A stretch of 44,526 bases of DNA from assembly GCA_052030825.1 (NCBI GenBank), contig JBPEYE010000295.1, positions 1-44,526 of the forward strand, given 5' to 3'. The notes beneath the pieces are model-generated. The model made no database searches. It worked only from the letters and a program-made list of their open reading frames with translations, and had not been told where the DNA came from. Positions 28,528 through 38,040 of the stretch are shown in pieces (position 1 is the stretch's first letter; each line of letters starts with the position of its first letter). The translations under genes were made by a program, and so were the position numbers. This stretch comes from Gammaproteobacteria bacterium (GTDB lineage: Bacteria > Pseudomonadota > Gammaproteobacteria > GCA-001735895).

Positions 28528-29081
28528 ATTATTGCAGTCAGTGCGGCGCACCGGTCAGTCTCCGGATCCCGGTCGACGACAATCGCGAGCGATTCGTCTG
28601 TGACCATTGCGGTTACGTGCACTACCAGAATCCGAACAACGTCTGCGGCGCGATCCTGACGCTCGACGATCGCGTGTTGTTGTGCAAACGCGCGATCGAG
28701 CCGCGCCACGGCATGTGGACGCTGCCGGCCGGGTTCATGGAAAACAACGAAACCGTTGCCGAGGCGGCGGCCCGCGAAGCGATGGAAGAGGCCAATGCCC
28801 GCGCCGGCCCGCTGGCGCTGTTCGGAATCTTCAGCATGCCGTATATTTCGCAGGTTTATTTGATGTTCCACGGCGAACTCGCGAGCCCGGAAATTTCGGC
28901 CGGTCATGAAAGTCTCGAAGTCGGAATGTTCGGGCGCGACGATATTCCGTGGGACGAACTTGCGTTTCCGGTCGTCAGCCACAGCCTGCGGCTGTACTTC
29001 GAGCACGGGCCGGGCAAGGTGCACCACGCCTGGTTCAGCCGCGACGCCGAGCGCCGGGTGGAACTGCACGTCATCGATTGA
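28524..29081 (+). CDS. Nudix hydrolase with N-terminal zinc ribbon
   Basis: YCSQCG...CDHCG...YQNP; Nudix box PAGFMENNETVAEAAAREAMEEA. Confidence 0.93.
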   Translation: MNYCSQCGAPVSLRIPVDDNRERFVCDHCGYVHYQNPNNVCGAILTLDDRVLLCKRAIEPRHGMWTLPAGFMENNETVAEAAAREAMEEANARAGPLALFGIFSMPYISQVYLMFHGELASPEISAGHESLEVGMFGRDDIPWDELAFPVVSHSLRLYFEHGPGKVHHAWFSRDAERRVELHVID

Positions 29082-29165
29082 AACGGCCGGGCGGCGGGAA
29101 CCGTGACGCGATTTCGGGGTCGATTGATCTAGCAGGACGCGAAGCGCGTACCGAACTGGGTAAGC

Positions 29166-29732
29166 ATGCGTGATACCCGAACAACTTACGGCGGAGTCTC
29201 GATTCTGCTGCACTGGACATCCGCGGTCGCGGTCATCGGGCTGTTCGGCCTCGGCGTCTACATGGTCGAATTGACTTACTACGACCCGCTCTACAATCGG
29301 CTGCCGTTTTTGCACAAGAGCATCGGCCTGCTGCACGCGCTGGCCTTCGCGTTATGGGTGGGCTGGCGCGCGACCAATCCGTGGCCAGCCCCGGTGGCCG
29401 GCACCGGCGCCGTCGAGGCGCGCGTCGCCAGGGGCGTCAAGCACGTCTTTTACTGGCTGATCGCGACGGTCATCGTCAGCGGCTACCTGATCCCGACCGC
29501 CGACGGTGCACCGATCAGCGTGTTCGGCTGGTTCGACGTGCCGGCGCTGACGAGCGGTTGGGCGCGGCAGGAGGACTTTGCCGGCCTGGTGCATCGCTAT
29601 GCGTCCTATGCGTTGATCGCGCTGGCGTCGCTGCACGCGGCGGCGGCAGTCAAGCATCATTGCGTTGATCGGGACGGCACGCTGCGACGTATGTTAGGTA
29701 TGTCCGACCGACAGGGTCGGCGTTACAGGTAA
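29166..29732 (+). CDS. yceJ: Cytochrome b561 (YceJ-like)
   Basis: LLHW, LHKSIG, LHAAAAVKHH and D.TLRRM motifs; adjacent to yceI. Confidence 0.88.
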   Translation: MRDTRTTYGGVSILLHWTSAVAVIGLFGLGVYMVELTYYDPLYNRLPFLHKSIGLLHALAFALWVGWRATNPWPAPVAGTGAVEARVARGVKHVFYWLIATVIVSGYLIPTADGAPISVFGWFDVPALTSGWARQEDFAGLVHRYASYALIALASLHAAAAVKHHCVDRDGTLRRMLGMSDRQGRRYR

Positions 29733-29750
29733 CCGTCTTGGAGAAAATTC

Positions 29751-30323
29751 ATGCGAAAATCGATTCTACTGCTGGGTTTCGTCGCCGCCACGCTGCTGGG
29801 CGGGCAGGCGATTGCCAACGACTACCAGATCGATATCGAGGGCCAGCACGCCTTCGTCAATTTCAAGGTCAGCCATCTCGGCTACTCGTACATCGTCGGC
29901 CGCTTCAACAAGTTCGACGGTAAATTCAGCCACGACCCCGAAAATCCGGCCGCCTCGCGGGTGCAGGTCAGTATCGACGCGGCAAGCCTCGACACCAATC
30001 ACGCCGAACGCGACAAGCACCTGCGCGGCACCGATTTCTTCGACGTCCGTCGCCACCCGACCATTACTTTCGAGAGCACCGGATACGACGGTACCGCCGA
30101 TGCCGGCATCCTGCGCGGCGAGCTGAGCTTTCTCGGCGTTACGCGCGAGATCGCGATCGAGCTGCGCAAGGTCGGCGAGGGCAGAGATCCGTGGGGTGGC
30201 TATCGCAGCGGCTTCGTCGGCACGACCACGCTGCGCGCGGACGATTACGGCCTGCCCGAGTGGCTCGGCGAGGTTGAAATCGAACTCAACATCGAGGGCG
30301 TTCGAGTCGGCAGCAATTCATGA
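29751..30323 (+). CDS. yceI: YceI-family periplasmic polyisoprenoid-binding protein
   Basis: Signal peptide; FKVSHLGYS..GRF, DTNHAERDKHLR and DPWGGYRSGF motifs. Confidence 0.93.
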   Translation: MRKSILLLGFVAATLLGGQAIANDYQIDIEGQHAFVNFKVSHLGYSYIVGRFNKFDGKFSHDPENPAASRVQVSIDAASLDTNHAERDKHLRGTDFFDVRRHPTITFESTGYDGTADAGILRGELSFLGVTREIAIELRKVGEGRDPWGGYRSGFVGTTTLRADDYGLPEWLGEVEIELNIEGVRVGSNS

Positions 30324-31577
30324 CCCGGTGATCGAGATGTCGGTGAATTCGGACACGATCGACTGGTTGCGTCCGTTATTCTTGGCCTCGTAGAGCGCCA
30401 CGTCGGCGCGCTTGATCAGCTCGCCGATATTCTCGCCCCTGACGATGGCCGCGCAGCCGAGGCTCGCGGTGATCGGGCGGTCGATTCCGAAATCGGTCCG
30501 CGCGACGAGCTGGCGAATGGTTTCGGCGATCGGCAGCAAGTCCTGCTCTTCGATCGTCGTGCAGCAAATCAGAAATTCCTCGCCGCCCCAGCGGGCGATG
30601 AAATCGCTCGAGCGAATCGCGCCCTCGAACAGTCGCGCGAGTTGCTTGAGCACCTGGTCGCCGGCGTCATGGCCCTGCGTGTCGTTGATCGCCTTGAAGT
30701 GGTCGATGTCGAGCATGATGATGCCGAAGCGCTGATCGTGGCGTTCGAAGCGCGAGTATTCCTTGTGCAGGATCTGATTCATGTGCGTCCGGTTCGAAAG
30801 CGCCGTCAGGCTGTCGGTCAGCGCCATCCGGGTCAATTCGTTGTTGTCTTCGAGCAGTTCTTTTTGCGTATCGAGCAGCGACTCGGTGCGCTCGTAGATC
30901 TTCTGCTCCAGGTAGGTATTCATGTCCTGGAGCTGCGCCGACAGCTTGCGACCGTACCAGAACGCCACGACGGTGATCGCGAGGCTCGCGAGCACGGCGA
31001 AGCCCGAAAACAGCGCAATCTGGGTGCGCTCCGATCTCGCCGTCGCGTTCGCCAGCAGCAGCGTTCTCTGCACATCGTTGCGCTGCGCCTGGGTCAGCTC
31101 GGACAGGTGCGACAGCAGCGGCGCGGTCTTCGGCAAGACTTCCTGCAGCAACACCTTGCTCGCCTCGTCACGACTGCCGTTCAAAAACAGGACCGAGACC
31201 TGGCGGTTGAGGTCGGCGATATCGCGATCGAGACGATCGATGGCTTCCATAATTTCGCGCTCGCGCGGCGCGAGCAGCGGCAGCAGGCGGTCGCGGGTCT
31301 CGCGGTAGGCGCCGTCGATGCGATTGAAATCGGGCCAGGATTCGGCCGCAACGGCGCTTTCGTCATGCAGCAGCATCGACTGCATGAACCGGGTGCGGTC
31401 GTGGATGATCGTCGACAGCTCGTTGACCAGGTTGATCTTGTCGAGCTGGCGAGCGATCTCCTGGCTGGCGACGCGCGAGCTCTCGCTACCGGTGTTTATC
31501 GTCAGATAGGCGATAACCGCCATCAGCAGGATGACGATCGCGAAGCCGGTGACTAGCAGACGAGTCGGATAGTGCAT
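30318..31577 (-). CDS. Membrane-bound diguanylate cyclase with periplasmic four-helix-bundle-like sensor
   Basis: Two TM helices flank a helical periplasmic domain; DSLT, DIDHFK.IND..GH, RSSD I-site, GGEEF, AD.ALY.AK..GRN. Confidence 0.93.
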   Translation of the reverse strand: MHYPTRLLVTGFAIVILLMAVIAYLTINTGSESSRVASQEIARQLDKINLVNELSTIIHDRTRFMQSMLLHDESAVAAESWPDFNRIDGAYRETRDRLLPLLAPREREIMEAIDRLDRDIADLNRQVSVLFLNGSRDEASKVLLQEVLPKTAPLLSHLSELTQAQRNDVQRTLLLANATARSERTQIALFSGFAVLASLAITVVAFWYGRKLSAQLQDMNTYLEQKIYERTESLLDTQKELLEDNNELTRMALTDSLTALSNRTHMNQILHKEYSRFERHDQRFGIIMLDIDHFKAINDTQGHDAGDQVLKQLARLFEGAIRSSDFIARWGGEEFLICCTTIEEQDLLPIAETIRQLVARTDFGIDRPITASLGCAAIVRGENIGELIKRADVALYEAKNNGRNQSIVSEFTDISITGS

Positions 31578-31632
31578 CGGTCAGTGGTCGCTCCGGACCT
31601 GGCGCTTCCTGTTACCGAATTTTAGCCGCTCA

Positions 31633-33915
31633 TTAAACTGATTTTGCGATGACGGCGCAAATTTTCTGCTGAACGTCGTCAATATTGCGATAAATGACGC
31701 CATGCAGCTCGCTTTCGAGCAAGGTCGCCTGCTTGTGCTCGGCGCTGACGACGCGCTCGAGCGTGCGGAGACTGGCCGGATCGACGACGGGGTCGTGATC
31801 ACCCTGAAAAAGGTAGACATCTGCATTGATTTTGACGGTATCTTCGCATAAATAGTCGATAAGTTGCTGAAGTTGGTAAAGCGCCCTGATTGGAATGTGC
31901 TGATAGTTGACCTCCGGGTTTTCGGGCGCGTTGGGGCGAAACGGCACCAGACCGTCGTCGTTCATCCAGCGCACCAGGCGATTGGCATGATGCAGCAGCG
32001 GCACGAAAATCATGTTCCGGTTGCGAAAATGCACCGGCGCCGAGACGCTCGTTACCGATTTTAGCCTGACCTGCGGATGCCGTGATGCGTGCAACAGCAC
32101 GAGCAGGCCGCCGGTGGAAAAGCCGACCAGGTGAATCGCCTGGGTATAGGCCTTGAGAATATCGTAACCCCGCTCGACCGACGCCGCCCAGTCGTGCCAG
32201 TTGCGTTCGCGCAGGTCCCAGGGTGAAGTGCCGTGACCCTTGAGGCGCACGCCGAGCACGTGATGCCCGGCGGCATGCAGGCGCTCGCCGAGACCGCGCA
32301 ATTCGGCGGGCCCGGCCATGAACCCGTGTACCAGCAACACGCCGCTGGCATCGGCGCGCGACGATTTGAGAAAGTACCAGTTGGCGTCGGCGGTTTGCGT
32401 CTGCTGCGCATTGATTTCGTGGTGACGCGGTTTATCGAAGGCCTTGCGGTCCCAGGCGTAGGCCAGCAACTGGTCGTCGAAGCGATAATCGGCGAGATCG
32501 CGCGGCGTGATCCGGTCGGCGGTGGCGATCGCCTCGTCGGCGATACGGCGGATGCCGGAGAGCGGGCTGACCTCGTTGGCGTAAACACTGATCAGGTTCT
32601 CGGTGCGAATTTCGTCGATCTCGAAATCGGCAATCAGTTTTTCGTCGAGCAGGTATTCATTCTGCTCGACGTGAACCAGGCGCAGGCTTTGCGCGGTCTT
32701 GAGAAACTGCGCCAGGCGGCTGCTGCCCTGATTGATGATTGCCTCGTACTCTTCGGGGTTCAGCAGGCTGCGATGCAGCTTGTAGTCCGAGTTCTGCAGC
32801 AACTTGATGCACAGATACAGTATCTTGTGAAAGCGCCGGTTTTCGATCCGGCGCAGGCCCTGTTCGTAGAGCCGCAGGATCACGAGCGAGGCCATGTGGC
32901 TCAGGTTGATCGTGACCGCCGAGTACATCGCACGCATGTAGTCGTCGCGCACGCGATTGGATTTGACGCGCATCCCCGCTGCGTGGACGCGGCCGCTCCA
33001 GTGACCCGGCTGCGGCTCGAGCGCGAACAGTTCGTCGAGGCTATCGAAACTGTGCACGACATTGGGCAGCAGTCGTTTTTCCCACCAGCGCCAGTAATCG
33101 CCGATCACGATCGGTTCGGCGAAGCGAATATCCATGTCGGTATGCTTGAACAGCAGGTTGCCCTCGATGATCAATTCCTCGGCGAAACGCTTGTTGATCC
33201 CCTTGTTGAACAGGCGTGCGGCCTGGTGCAGGATGTTGTCGCTGACCCGGATCGGATAGAAGGTAATGTGGCTCGGCACGATCACCGTCGGTTTGACCGC
33301 CTTGAGCATCAAATCCTCGACCCGGTCGAAACCGAGCTGTTCGGCCCATCTTTCGATGCGGTCGTCGCGGCCCCGCGAATGATCGTAGAGCAGGGCCGTC
33401 TTGAAAGCGTCGAGCGCCAGCGCGATGACCGCGGAGCCGCGGTGGTGCTTGCGCCTTTCGTTGGCGGTACGCGAAAAAACGCTGAACTCGCCGGCGTGAT
33501 CGACGACGCGCTTGTCCTTGACCATGCCGCCCTCGGGGAACACGACGAGCTTGCGGCCGTGCAGGATTTCGCGCACCAGGAATGAGAACAGGTTCGGCAG
33601 CTGATTCGGAACGACGCCGATCGAGTACAGGAACTGCGTGAAACGCTCGTCGCCCTCGAAGAATTCGGCCGACGCGACCGAACGACAATAGGCGCCGGTC
33701 GCCTCGTAGATCAGGTACTGGGGTATGAAGGTCTCGAATCGGGCGAAATGATTGAACAGAAAGATGTCGCCCGCTTGCACCGGATCGCTGTCACCGCCGT
33801 GTTCCTGGTGCAACTTGATATTGAGCTTCAACAGCTTGCGCGTGGTGCGAAACGCCCTGACGCAAAATTCGTAAACCCTGGGATTGATGGCGGGGTCGGC
33901 CCGGACTTCGGTCAT
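31633..33915 (-). CDS. Fusion of glycerolipid acyltransferase-like (PlsB/PlsC superfamily) domain and C-terminal alpha/beta-hydrolase
   Basis: N-terminal NHFARFE and FPEGG blocks; C-terminal LLVHGF, GHGT, GFSTGG, DHDPVV and LHG motifs. Start at ATG 33915 or GTG 33939. Confidence 0.8.
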   Translation of the reverse strand: MTEVRADPAINPRVYEFCVRAFRTTRKLLKLNIKLHQEHGGDSDPVQAGDIFLFNHFARFETFIPQYLIYEATGAYCRSVASAEFFEGDERFTQFLYSIGVVPNQLPNLFSFLVREILHGRKLVVFPEGGMVKDKRVVDHAGEFSVFSRTANERRKHHRGSAVIALALDAFKTALLYDHSRGRDDRIERWAEQLGFDRVEDLMLKAVKPTVIVPSHITFYPIRVSDNILHQAARLFNKGINKRFAEELIIEGNLLFKHTDMDIRFAEPIVIGDYWRWWEKRLLPNVVHSFDSLDELFALEPQPGHWSGRVHAAGMRVKSNRVRDDYMRAMYSAVTINLSHMASLVILRLYEQGLRRIENRRFHKILYLCIKLLQNSDYKLHRSLLNPEEYEAIINQGSSRLAQFLKTAQSLRLVHVEQNEYLLDEKLIADFEIDEIRTENLISVYANEVSPLSGIRRIADEAIATADRITPRDLADYRFDDQLLAYAWDRKAFDKPRHHEINAQQTQTADANWYFLKSSRADASGVLLVHGFMAGPAELRGLGERLHAAGHHVLGVRLKGHGTSPWDLRERNWHDWAASVERGYDILKAYTQAIHLVGFSTGGLLVLLHASRHPQVRLKSVTSVSAPVHFRNRNMIFVPLLHHANRLVRWMNDDGLVPFRPNAPENPEVNYQHIPIRALYQLQQLIDYLCEDTVKINADVYLFQGDHDPVVDPASLRTLERVVSAEHKQATLLESELHGVIYRNIDDVQQKICAVIAKSV

Positions 33916-34040
33916 CTGGCGATAAACCCGGCAGCCCACCGGCGCGGCGATCTGGATCTCATGAGTCTGAGGCCATGTTTGTTATTCAGAAGTTCCGTGT
34001 TCGGCCGATATGCGCGCTATCGATCGTCAATCTTATACCA

Positions 34041-36023
34041 ATGCGCCTGCGTGTTTGTCTATACCTGCTACTGCTCGGACTGGCGCCGCCGCTGCTCGCG
34101 GCGACGCCGCCGCTCGAACTGCGCGTCCTCATCGATACGTCCAGCCGCTTCGCCGAACTCGATCCCGACGGCAGTCGCGCCGAGGCGCTGCGGCTGCTCG
34201 CCGGACTGTTACCGGACGGCGCCGCCGGCGGTGCCTGGGCTTATGGCCGCTATGTCGAACAGATCGTGCCGCTGGGGCGGATCGATACCGCCTGGCGCCA
34301 ACGCGCATTCGACGGTGCCGGGCGAATTCACGCCAATGCCGGGTATGCCAACCTCGAACATGCCCTCGATCGTGCGCTCGAGGGCTGGCAGTCGCCGGCG
34401 GCCGCCACGCGCCGCCTGTTGTTGCTGATCAGTGCGAGCGGCGCCGAACCCGCCGCCGAGGCGGAGCAACGCTTGGCGGCGCGTCAGCGGCTGCTCGACG
34501 AGACGCTCCCGACGCTGGTCGCTGCCGGCATCGAGCTGCATGCTTTCACCATCGGCGACGCCGCCGATCGCGGATTGTTCGAGCGTTTCGCGTTTGCGAC
34601 CGGCGGCGCGCACCGGCATCTGCGTGACGCGCGCGGGCTGCCGGCGCAGACGGTCGAATTCTACGCGCGCGCGGTGCGCTCGAACCAGCTTGTGCTGGCC
34701 GACGAGCGGTTCGTGGTCGACGCGCATGTCGACGCGCTGACGCTGGTGCTGTTGCGCGAACCCGGCAGCAAGGCACCGCTGCTGATACCACCCGACAGTC
34801 CGGTGATCAGCGCAGCCAGGCCGCGCGGCACGCGCTGGCATTCGAGCCGCGATTTCGACCTGGTGCATCTGCGCCGCCCCGAAACCGGCGACTGGCAAAT
34901 CACCAGCGAATTGACGTCCGACAGCCGCGTGCTGGTTTCGAGCCAGCTCGAGCTGCGCGCCAGCGTTGCGCCGGACCGAGCGTGGCCGGGCGAGCCGCTC
35001 GAAATCGGCGCCGAGCTGTTTCGCGGCGGTAACCAGATTCGCCGCAACGCGTTTCTGCGCTTCGTCGAGTTCAGCGTGAGCCTGACCGGTCCCGATGGCG
35101 AAACGCGGCGCCTGCCGTTACACCACACCGATATTCGCGCCGACAAGGGCCGATACCTGCTCACGCTCGACGAACCCCTCCCCGAGGGCCGCCATCGGCT
35201 GCACATCGAGGCGCGCGGTTCGAGCTTCCATCGCCTCCAGGAACTCGAGGCGGTGGTCGGCTGGCCGGTCGAGATTCGCATCGAAGCCGCCGCCGAGCCG
35301 GGGCAATACGATTTCCGGCTGCGCGCGCGCGAGGCGCAGTTGCGCATCGAAGGCCTCGCAGCGGACGTCGAGATCGAAACGCCGAAAGGCAAACGCGAAG
35401 CGCTGCCGTTACAGAGCGATTCGGGCTGGCTGCGCGGGCGCATTGTCACCGCGGTCGATGGCGTGCACCAGGCGCGGGTCCGCGTTTCCGGCCGGCGTCA
35501 CGACGATTCGGTCGTCGACCTGAACCTCGGGCCGTTCGCGCTGCTCGGCACCGCGAGCCAGGCCGAGGCCGGACTCGCGGCAGCGCCGCCGCCCGAGCCG
35601 ATCGCGGCCGAGCCGACCGGTTTCGATCGCAAGCTGATCGGCATCGTCATTCTCGCCGTCAACGCCACGCTGTTGCTCGCGGTTCTGTCGCTCTGGCTTT
35701 ACGCGCGCCGGAAAAAGCGGCTCGCAGCGGTGGACGAGGCGGGTGCGGTGCCGGCGGCCGACAGCACCGACAAGGAGGCCGCGGTATCCGCGCCGGCGGC
35801 GGAGAACGACGCGCCCGTGCCGCCGCTCGACGGCGACGAAGCCGTGGTCGCGGCTGCGGTGGAGGACAAGACGCCCGCGCGACCCGCCGACAGCGGCGAC
35901 GATGCCGCAGCGGAAGCCACCGCGCCAACCGCCGGGAATGCGGCGACCGGCGGTGGCGACGACGTCGCCGGAGTCGACGCGCCACCGGCGGCCGAATCCG
36001 ATCGCAAGACCGCGACAGGCTAG
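34041..36023 (+). CDS. Exported, C-terminally anchored VWA-like domain protein
   Basis: Signal peptide; LRVLIDTSS (degenerate MIDAS), A.ATGG, beta-rich middle region, TM helix followed by RRKKR, then an acidic Ala/Asp/Pro tail. Confidence 0.7.
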   Translation: MRLRVCLYLLLLGLAPPLLAATPPLELRVLIDTSSRFAELDPDGSRAEALRLLAGLLPDGAAGGAWAYGRYVEQIVPLGRIDTAWRQRAFDGAGRIHANAGYANLEHALDRALEGWQSPAAATRRLLLLISASGAEPAAEAEQRLAARQRLLDETLPTLVAAGIELHAFTIGDAADRGLFERFAFATGGAHRHLRDARGLPAQTVEFYARAVRSNQLVLADERFVVDAHVDALTLVLLREPGSKAPLLIPPDSPVISAARPRGTRWHSSRDFDLVHLRRPETGDWQITSELTSDSRVLVSSQLELRASVAPDRAWPGEPLEIGAELFRGGNQIRRNAFLRFVEFSVSLTGPDGETRRLPLHHTDIRADKGRYLLTLDEPLPEGRHRLHIEARGSSFHRLQELEAVVGWPVEIRIEAAAEPGQYDFRLRAREAQLRIEGLAADVEIETPKGKREALPLQSDSGWLRGRIVTAVDGVHQARVRVSGRRHDDSVVDLNLGPFALLGTASQAEAGLAAAPPPEPIAAEPTGFDRKLIGIVILAVNATLLLAVLSLWLYARRKKRLAAVDEAGAVPAADSTDKEAAVSAPAAENDAPVPPLDGDEAVVAAAVEDKTPARPADSGDDAAAEATAPTAGNAATGGGDDVAGVDAPPAAESDRKTATG

Positions 36024-36595
36024 AAGTAATCCGGCGCGTTGCCGGCGCGCCACTTGATGTTGCAGCCGATACTCGGCACCTGCTCGGGCGAAATCGCATC
36101 GCCTGCCAGCAGCGCGTCGACCGCGGCCTTGAGATCCTCACCGGTGATCGCGACGCCGTTGCCCGGGCGCGCGGCGTCGTACTGGCCGCGATAGACCAGC
36201 CGATGATCCGCGTCGAACAGGAAGAAGTCGGGCGTGCAGGCGGCGCGGTAAGCGATCGCCGAGCGCTGCGACTCGTCGTACAGGTACGGAAACTCGAAGC
36301 CGTGTTCGCGCGCGAAATCGACCATTTTTTCGGGGCTGTCGGCGGGAAATTCATCGACGTCGTTGGCATTGATCATGACGACGCCGAGGTCGCGGGTCAG
36401 GGCCGCGTTGGCGAATTCGGCAAACGAATCGACGATGTGCAGCACGAACGGACAGTGGTTGCACGAAAACACGACCAGCAACGGTCGGCCGGCGTAGTCG
36501 CCGAGGCTCACGGTCTTGCCGCTGGCCGGCTCGGGCAGCGAAAAGTCGGGCGCCGGCGTGCCCAGTTCGAGCATCGTGGAAGGGGTTCTGGCCAT
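36020..36595 (-). CDS. Thioredoxin-fold AhpC/TSA (PRX-like) protein
   Basis: APDFSLP, CNHCPFV, FPYLYDESQ, AACTPDFF and SIGCNIKW motifs; GAGGA RBS. Confidence 0.92.
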   Translation of the reverse strand: MARTPSTMLELGTPAPDFSLPEPASGKTVSLGDYAGRPLLVVFSCNHCPFVLHIVDSFAEFANAALTRDLGVVMINANDVDEFPADSPEKMVDFAREHGFEFPYLYDESQRSAIAYRAACTPDFFLFDADHRLVYRGQYDAARPGNGVAITGEDLKAAVDALLAGDAISPEQVPSIGCNIKWRAGNAPDYF

Positions 36596-36632
36596 CAGGA
36601 GTTCCTCGCTAAAGTCGGCGCCGATTATAGCC

Positions 36633-37961
36633 TCAAAGCGCTTCGAAGCTGCGGTTGATCGCGGCGGCAAAAAACTCGACGTCCTGCATCTGGATGCAAA
36701 GCGGCGGGCAAATGCGTAGCACGTTGCGGTAGGCGCCGGACTTGCTCGCGACGAGACCGTGCTCGCGGGTCAGTTCGAACAGCCGCGCCATCGTTTCCGG
36801 ATCCGGTTCGCGCGTCGCCCGATCTTTCACCAGCTCGACCGCCATCATCAGGCCGCGGCCGCGCACGTCGCCGATCACCGCGTGGCGATCCTGCAGCTCT
36901 CGCAACACTTCGAGCAGCGCCGCGCCGACGCGTTGCGCGTTCTGCTGCAGGCCGTACTCGCGGATCACGTAGAGCACGGCGCGGCCGGCGGCGCAGCTGA
37001 CCGGGTTGGCGCCGTAGGTATGAAAATAGAACTTTTGCGCCATCGCCTCGGCGATTTCGCGCTTCACCATCAGCGCGGCCAGCGGAAAGCCGTTGCCGAT
37101 GCCCTTCGCCGCGACGACGATATCGGGCACGATCCGGTGCCGCTGAAACGACCAGAAGTCGTCGCCGGTTCGCGCCATGCCGGCCTGCACTTCGTCGATG
37201 ATGACGAGGCCGCCGGCGGCGCGCACGCGCTCTGCGGCGCCGGCGAGGTAACCGTCGGGCAGCGGGACGATGCCGCCGTAACCCTGCACCGGCTCGATGA
37301 ACATACCGGCGAGGCGGCCGCTGGTGGCGTAATGGATCGTCGCCTCGAGATCGTCCAGGTAAGGCTCGATGTCTGCGCCGTGGATGCCGCGATACGGATC
37401 CGGCACCGGCGCGAACTGGATGCCGCCGAGCAGCGGCACGTTGTGGCGAAAACCGCTGATGCCGGTCACCGACTGCGCGCCGAACGTCGCACCGTGGTAG
37501 GCGTTCTGCAGCGAGACGATGTCGACGTTGCCGGTGTAGCTGCGCGCCAGCAGCAACGCCATGTCGATCGCCTCGGCGCCGCTGTTCATGAAATGTACCG
37601 CCCATTCCTCGCCGGCCGGTAGCGTCGCCGTCAACTCCTCGGCGAAATGCGCCGGCACCGGGTGGAAGAACATCGTCGTGCAGTGCTGCAGCCTGCGCGC
37701 CTGGTCGACCGCAGCGCGGGTGACGACCGGGTTGTTGTAACCGACGCTAATGGTCAGATTCTGGCTCAGGCAATCGAGGTAACGATTGCCTTTTTCGTCC
37801 CACAGGTATTGATCCTGTCCGCGGCTGAAGATCAGCGGCTTTCGATAGGGCACGAAGGCGCGCTGCGACGCCGCATAGTAGCGCTCGCGGCGACCGACGA
37901 TCGCGTCGGTTGCCCAGTCGATCTCGAATTCGTGCGTGTCGCCGTCGAATTGTGAAGCCAT
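36633..37961 (-). CDS. Class III PLP aminotransferase (AGXT2 / beta-alanine:pyruvate aminotransferase-like)
   Basis: YLWDEKGNRYLD, NSGAEA, AYHG, EPVQG.GG, DEVQAG.ARTG, AKGIGNGFPL and HTYG.NP motifs. Confidence 0.9.
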   Translation of the reverse strand: MASQFDGDTHEFEIDWATDAIVGRRERYYAASQRAFVPYRKPLIFSRGQDQYLWDEKGNRYLDCLSQNLTISVGYNNPVVTRAAVDQARRLQHCTTMFFHPVPAHFAEELTATLPAGEEWAVHFMNSGAEAIDMALLLARSYTGNVDIVSLQNAYHGATFGAQSVTGISGFRHNVPLLGGIQFAPVPDPYRGIHGADIEPYLDDLEATIHYATSGRLAGMFIEPVQGYGGIVPLPDGYLAGAAERVRAAGGLVIIDEVQAGMARTGDDFWSFQRHRIVPDIVVAAKGIGNGFPLAALMVKREIAEAMAQKFYFHTYGANPVSCAAGRAVLYVIREYGLQQNAQRVGAALLEVLRELQDRHAVIGDVRGRGLMMAVELVKDRATREPDPETMARLFELTREHGLVASKSGAYRNVLRICPPLCIQMQDVEFFAAAINRSFEAL

Positions 37962-38040
37962 GGCGGTTCCCGCGCTGCCGTCGCCGGTGGTATCGTACCA
38001 GAACTCGGCGGCGCCGCGCGCGGCCGGGCGGGGGAAGTGA

